A model generated the notes under the pieces. It saw only the letters and a list, made by a program, of their open reading frames with translations. It was not told the origin of the DNA and made no database searches. Positions 15,571-19,504 of a stretch of 19,504 nt of DNA are shown piece by piece (position 1 is the first letter of the stretch; each line of letters begins with the position of its first letter). The DNA is from Candidatus Sericytochromatia bacterium (GTDB lineage Bacteria; Cyanobacteriota; Sericytochromatia; S15B-MN24; JAQBPE01). A program made the translations under genes and the position numbers. The stretch is taken from assembly GCA_035285125.1 (NCBI GenBank), contig JAYKHR010000094.1:1-19504 (forward strand), in the 5' to 3' direction.

Positions 15571-15578
15571 GGTACACT
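15571..15578 (+). promoter_or_regulatory. -10 box (GG-TACACT) for the MBOAT-SGNH-GT-C operon
   Basis: TACACT at 15573-15578, 26 nt before the TTG at 15605. Same GGTAnnnT form as other promoters in the window. Confidence 0.5.
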
Positions 15579-15604
15579 GGGGGGACACCATCGGCGGGGG
15601 CACC

Positions 15605-17086
15605 TTGCTCTTCAACTCCCAGCCCTTCTTGTTCCTGTTTCTCCCGGCCGTCTGGCTGGGGTACTTCTGGCTCGCCCCGCGCCACGCGCTCGCCGGCCCC
15701 GTCTGGCTGTGCCTGGCGTCGCTGGCGTTCTACGCCGGGTGGTCGCCGTGGTACGTGGCCCTGCTCGTTGGCTCGATCGCCTTCAACCACGGGGCCGGGC
15801 GCCTGATCGCACGCTGGCGGGAGGGGCCCCGCGGCGGCTGGGTGCTCGCGGGCGCGATCGTGGCGGACCTGGTGCTGCTGGGCTACTACAAGTACGCCGG
15901 CTTCTTCGCGGCGAGCCTCGCTGGCCTCACGGGGCTGCCGCTGGCCGTCGGGCAGGTGGTGCTGCCGCTCGGCATCTCGTTCTTCACCTTCACCCAGATC
16001 GCCTGGCTGGTGGACGTCCGGCGGGGGCTCGCGACGGACCTGAGCGCCTGGCGCTACGCCCTGTTCGTGACCTACTTCCCCCACCTGGTCGCAGGGCCGA
16101 TCCTGCATCACGCCGAGGTGATGCCCCAGTTCGCGGACCCGGCCAACCGGCGCGTCCGCCCCGACCTCGTGGCCCTCGGGCTCGCCGTCTTCACCGTGGG
16201 CCTCGCCAAGAAGGTGCTGCTTGCGGACCCGCTGGGCCGCCTCGCGGACCCCGTGTTCCTGGTGGCGGACGCAGGCACCGTGCCGACGGCCCTGGAGGCA
16301 TGGCTGGGGGCGCTCGGCTACACGCTGCAGCTGTACTTCGACTTCTCGGGCTACTCGGACATGGCCATCGGGCTCTCGCTGCTGTTCGGCATCCGGCTCC
16401 CGCTGAACTTCGACTCGCCCTACCGGGCCACGAGCATCATCGACTTCTGGCGCCGGTGGCACATGACGCTGTCGCGGTTCCTGCGCGACTACCTGTACGT
16501 CTCGCTCGGTGGCAACCGCCGCGGGCCCGCCCGGCGCTGGCTCAACGTGTGGGTCACGATGCTGCTGGGTGGCCTCTGGCACGGCGCGAGCTGGACCTTC
16601 GTGGCCTGGGGGGCGCTGCACGGCGCCTACCTGGTGGTGAACCACGCGTGGCGCGGCTGGCTGGGAGACCGCTTGCCCACGCAGGGCTGGGCCGGGCGGG
16701 CCTACGCGCTGGGCGCAGGCGGGCTGACGTTCCTGGCGGTGGTGGTGGCCTGGCTGCCCTTTCGGGCACCCACCTTCGAGGCCGCCGGCCGGGTGGCGGC
16801 CGGGCTGCTGGCCTGGCCCGCGCTTCCGGCGGGCGGGCCGTTTCCGCACCTCGTGGGCGACTTCGCGCCCTCTCCGGGCCCCGCCCTGGCCTACCTCGTG
16901 GCGGGGCTCGGCCTGGTGTGGCTGGCGCCCAACACGGCCACGACCTTCGGCCTGCGCGAGGGGGAGGCGGCGGGCGAGGGCCGCTGGCGCCCCAGCCTGG
17001 CCGCAGCGGTCGCGCTCGCGGCGCTGTGCTGCGCGTCCCTCGCCCACCTGCACCGTGAGAGCCCCTTCCTGTATTACCAGTTCTGA
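15605..17086 (+). CDS. MBOAT O-acyltransferase of the AlgI/PatA/DltB family
   Basis: TTG start gives the family N-terminus MLFNS..FLFLFLP. LPLGISFFTFTQI, FPHLVAGPI, QLYFDFSGYSDMAIG, FWRRWHMTLSRFLRDYLY, catalytic GLWHGASWTF, C-terminal FLYYQF. Confidence 0.95.
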   Translation: MLFNSQPFLFLFLPAVWLGYFWLAPRHALAGPVWLCLASLAFYAGWSPWYVALLVGSIAFNHGAGRLIARWREGPRGGWVLAGAIVADLVLLGYYKYAGFFAASLAGLTGLPLAVGQVVLPLGISFFTFTQIAWLVDVRRGLATDLSAWRYALFVTYFPHLVAGPILHHAEVMPQFADPANRRVRPDLVALGLAVFTVGLAKKVLLADPLGRLADPVFLVADAGTVPTALEAWLGALGYTLQLYFDFSGYSDMAIGLSLLFGIRLPLNFDSPYRATSIIDFWRRWHMTLSRFLRDYLYVSLGGNRRGPARRWLNVWVTMLLGGLWHGASWTFVAWGALHGAYLVVNHAWRGWLGDRLPTQGWAGRAYALGAGGLTFLAVVVAWLPFRAPTFEAAGRVAAGLLAWPALPAGGPFPHLVGDFAPSPGPALAYLVAGLGLVWLAPNTATTFGLREGEAAGEGRWRPSLAAAVALAALCCASLAHLHRESPFLYYQF

Positions 17087-18117
17087 TGACCACCCCCGCC
17101 CCCACCGCCTCTTTCCTGAAGGTGTTCCTCGCCCTCGTGCTGACCTGGGCGGCGGGGTTCAACGCGCTCTCCGTCTGGCTGGAGCCCGTCACGGGCGACC
17201 TCACGCGCATCGGGAGCTGGGCCGAGCGCGACTTCGGCGGCAACGGGCCCCCGGATCCGATGCCTGTCAGGGGCAACGGCCTGGCAGGGGGCCCTCCCCC
17301 CGACGTGCTCGTGCTCGGCGACTCCTTCAGCGCCGGCAACCTCTGGCAGACGGCCCTGGCCGAGGCCACGGGGCTGGAGCCCTCGACATGCCTGTACGGG
17401 GCGGCGCGCTCGCTGGCCGGCTGGGTGCGCCTGGCCGAGCGGCAGCCGGCCAGGACGTGGCTGCTGCAGGTGGTGGAGCGGCACGTCGTGCGAGACTGGG
17501 CCGCGCTGGGCGAGGCAGCCGGCCCGCTGCCCGCGCCCCACCCCGTCGCGCCGGGCCGGACCAAGGGCCGGCGCGCCGTCGTGGCGTGGAACCCGGACTA
17601 CGCCTACCTGGCGCGGGCCGCCTGGAACCACCGCCGGCTGGCCCAGGCAGGCGACCGCCTGGAGAGCGGCGACACGGCGGTGCTGCCACTGACGCGCGAG
17701 GATCTCTTCTCCTGCGCCGCGCGCGGCCGGCTGCTCTACCTGCGCGACGACGACCGCAAGGCCACCTGGTCTGAGCGGGACCTGCTGCGCGTCGAGGCGA
17801 CGCTCGGCGCCATCGACCGGGCCGCGCGCCGGTGTGGGGCCCGGCTGCTCGTGGTGGCGGTGCCCGACAAGTCGACCACCTACGGGCCCTGGCTGGCCTC
17901 AGCCGGCCCCCCGTCCCGCTACGAGGCCCTGCAGCGTCGCTGGACGGCGAGGGGGCTCTCGACGGTGGACCTGCTCACGCCCCTGCGCGAGGCCCTGCCG
18001 GGCACACCAGACCTGTACCTGCCGAACGACACCCACCTCGGCCCTGTCGGTTACCGCCGGATGGCGGCGGCCGTCGCCAGGGCGCTGGCCACCTTGCACG
18101 AGCCCCCCACGCCATGA
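17086..18117 (+). CDS. Membrane-anchored SGNH-fold O-acetyltransferase (AlgJ/AlgX/PatB-like)
   Basis: TGATG coupling to the MBOAT gene. N-terminal TM, VLVLGDSFS, VVAVPDKSTTY, LYLPNDTHL. Confidence 0.83.
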   Translation: MTTPAPTASFLKVFLALVLTWAAGFNALSVWLEPVTGDLTRIGSWAERDFGGNGPPDPMPVRGNGLAGGPPPDVLVLGDSFSAGNLWQTALAEATGLEPSTCLYGAARSLAGWVRLAERQPARTWLLQVVERHVVRDWAALGEAAGPLPAPHPVAPGRTKGRRAVVAWNPDYAYLARAAWNHRRLAQAGDRLESGDTAVLPLTREDLFSCAARGRLLYLRDDDRKATWSERDLLRVEATLGAIDRAARRCGARLLVVAVPDKSTTYGPWLASAGPPSRYEALQRRWTARGLSTVDLLTPLREALPGTPDLYLPNDTHLGPVGYRRMAAAVARALATLHEPPTP

Positions 18118-19504
18118 CCCCACCTCGCCGGCCCGAGGCCGCCGCCCTCGCCCTGCTGCTCGCCTGCCTTGGCCCCTTCGCGTGGTCGAGCGTGTGGCAG
18201 GGGGACGAGATGTGCCAGCTCTACAACGGCATGCGCTGGCTGGCGGGGGAGGTATATTACCGGGATTTCTTCGACGTCCTCGGCCCGGCCTCGCCGGGGC
18301 TCGCGGGGCTGCTCTTCGCGGTGACGGGGCCCTCGTTGCTCGCAGCCAGGTTGCTGCTCGTGGGGCTCGTCGCGCTCTCGGGCTGGCTCATGGTGAGGCT
18401 GGTGCAAGCACTCGGCGGCGGGGCCGTCGCGGGCTGGCTCGCCGCCTTCGGGCTCGCGCTGGGGGCCTTCCGGCACTTCCCCTTCTGGAACCACCACTGG
18501 CTGGCGCTGCCGGCGGGCCTGGCGGCGGCCCTGCTGGCGGCAGGCGCGCTCACCTCGGGCCGCCGGCGGACGTGGGCGCTGGCCGGCGCCCTGACGGGCC
18601 TGACGGGCCTGGCCACCCAGACGGACGGCCTCGTGATCGGCGTCGTGACCCTGGTGGGCCTGGGCGCGCGGGCCTGGCTGGGCGTCGGCGGGTGGCGGGA
18701 GGCCACCCGGGAGGGGCTGGCCTACGCGGGGGGAGGGACAGCGGTGCTGGCGCTCGCGGCAGGCGGCCTCGCCCTGCAAGGGGCCCTCGCCGACGCCTGG
18801 CGCTGTGCCTGGGTGTGGCCCTTGACCCACTACAAGACGCCGGGGGGCTTCAACGACTTCCTGGTGGCCACCGACCTGGGCGCCCTGATCAGCCCGCACG
18901 CCGGGCCCTGGCCCGGGCGGGTGGGGTTCCTCGCGCGCGCCTACCACTTCGTGGCGCTCTATGCGGGGTTCTTCCTGGCCCCGCTGGCGGGGGCGCTGTT
19001 CCTGGTGGGGCTGCTGGCGACGCGCGGGCAGGCCCTGCCTTCAGCCACGTCCCTGCGCACCTCCTACGTCTCGGCGCTGGTGCTGGCCTTCGTGACGCTG
19101 GCCTGCCGGGGCCGCGCGGACCTGGCGCACGTGGCCATGTATGCGCCGTGGGGGCTGGTGCTGCTGGCCACCGGCGGCGAGCTGGCCCACCGGGCGCTCC
19201 ACCGGGCGGGCGTGCCCGGCCCGCTCGCCGCCCTGCCGCTTGCCGCCCTGCTGGCCTTCGTGGGGACGGGGGCGCTGGGCCTGGCACAGGCCATGCGGCA
19301 GGCCCCGGCCGCCTGGCTGGATCCGCGCCCACCGGACGTCAGGCTGGCCGACAGCGAGGTGATCCGCTACATCCGGTCCCACACGCGGCCGGGAGACCGC
19401 ATCGTGTCCGTCCCGTACGGCGGCTTCCACTACTTCTACGGCCGGCCGGCGGCCACGGACCGCAGCTACTACACGTGGCTGGCCTGGGGCTTCACGCCGC
19501 CCGA
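18114..19504 (+). CDS. ArnT/PMT-like GT-C glycosyltransferase, truncated by the window end
   Basis: Not in the ORF track. ATG at 18114 (ATGA overlap) reads MTPPRRPEAAALALLLACLGPFAWSSVWQGDEMCQLYNGMRWLAGEVYYRDFFDVLGP, with a DE dyad and YRDF. Many TMs follow, and the same frame at the window end reads EVIRYIRSHTRPGDRIVSVPYGGFHYFYGRP. Confidence 0.85.
   Translation, partial: MTPPRRPEAAALALLLACLGPFAWSSVWQGDEMCQLYNGMRWLAGEVYYRDFFDVLGPASPGLAGLLFAVTGPSLLAARLLLVGLVALSGWLMVRLVQALGGGAVAGWLAAFGLALGAFRHFPFWNHHWLALPAGLAAALLAAGALTSGRRRTWALAGALTGLTGLATQTDGLVIGVVTLVGLGARAWLGVGGWREATREGLAYAGGGTAVLALAAGGLALQGALADAWRCAWVWPLTHYKTPGGFNDFLVATDLGALISPHAGPWPGRVGFLARAYHFVALYAGFFLAPLAGALFLVGLLATRGQALPSATSLRTSYVSALVLAFVTLACRGRADLAHVAMYAPWGLVLLATGGELAHRALHRAGVPGPLAALPLAALLAFVGTGALGLAQAMRQAPAAWLDPRPPDVRLADSEVIRYIRSHTRPGDRIVSVPYGGFHYFYGRPAATDRSYYTWLAWGFTPP

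Noticed and set aside
9194..15806. Long plus-strand ORFs 9194-11530, 12376-13953 and 13728-15806
   Set aside because: Antisense shadows of the YfhO and GT-C-like genes, with low-complexity translations.
15164..17058. ORFs 15164-17053 (-) and 15331-17058 (+)
   Set aside because: Shadow or alternative frames over the clearly recognisable MBOAT gene.
15605..18117. Alginate biosynthesis or dlt operon
   Set aside because: No alg8/alg44/algF/algE or dltA/dltC/dltD in the window. Only the generic MBOAT-SGNH pair is present, so no gene symbols were assigned.

Overview
Very GC-rich bacterial chromosomal DNA (roughly 70-75% GC by eye). I see no mobile element, CRISPR array, tRNA or rRNA. The left 4.3 kb holds the 3' end of an SDR/FabG-like reductase, ccdA, an EF-hand lipoprotein with a small hypothetical gene, then a two-gene unit converging on rqcH (Rqc2/NFACT). 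That unit encodes a double zinc-ribbon protein and a small basic protein. It sits behind a ~157-nt structured 5' leader whose hairpin loop is perfectly complementary to the sequence between the Shine-Dalgarno site and the start codon, the best candidate here for an undescribed RNA switch. The remaining ~15 kb is a cell-envelope glycosylation locus: two GT2 polyprenol-phosphate sugar synthases, a flippase-like protein, a SAM methyltransferase, a TPM-like membrane protein, four GT-C-type membrane proteins (two tandem YfhO paralogues, one orphan, one ArnT/PMT-like gene cut by the window edge and absent from the ORF track) and an AlgI-type MBOAT plus SGNH O-acylation pair. Two genes appear to be leaderless. 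A non-photosynthetic Cyanobacteriota relative such as Sericytochromatia is a plausible host, by inference only. Family assignments come from motif recognition, not database searches.
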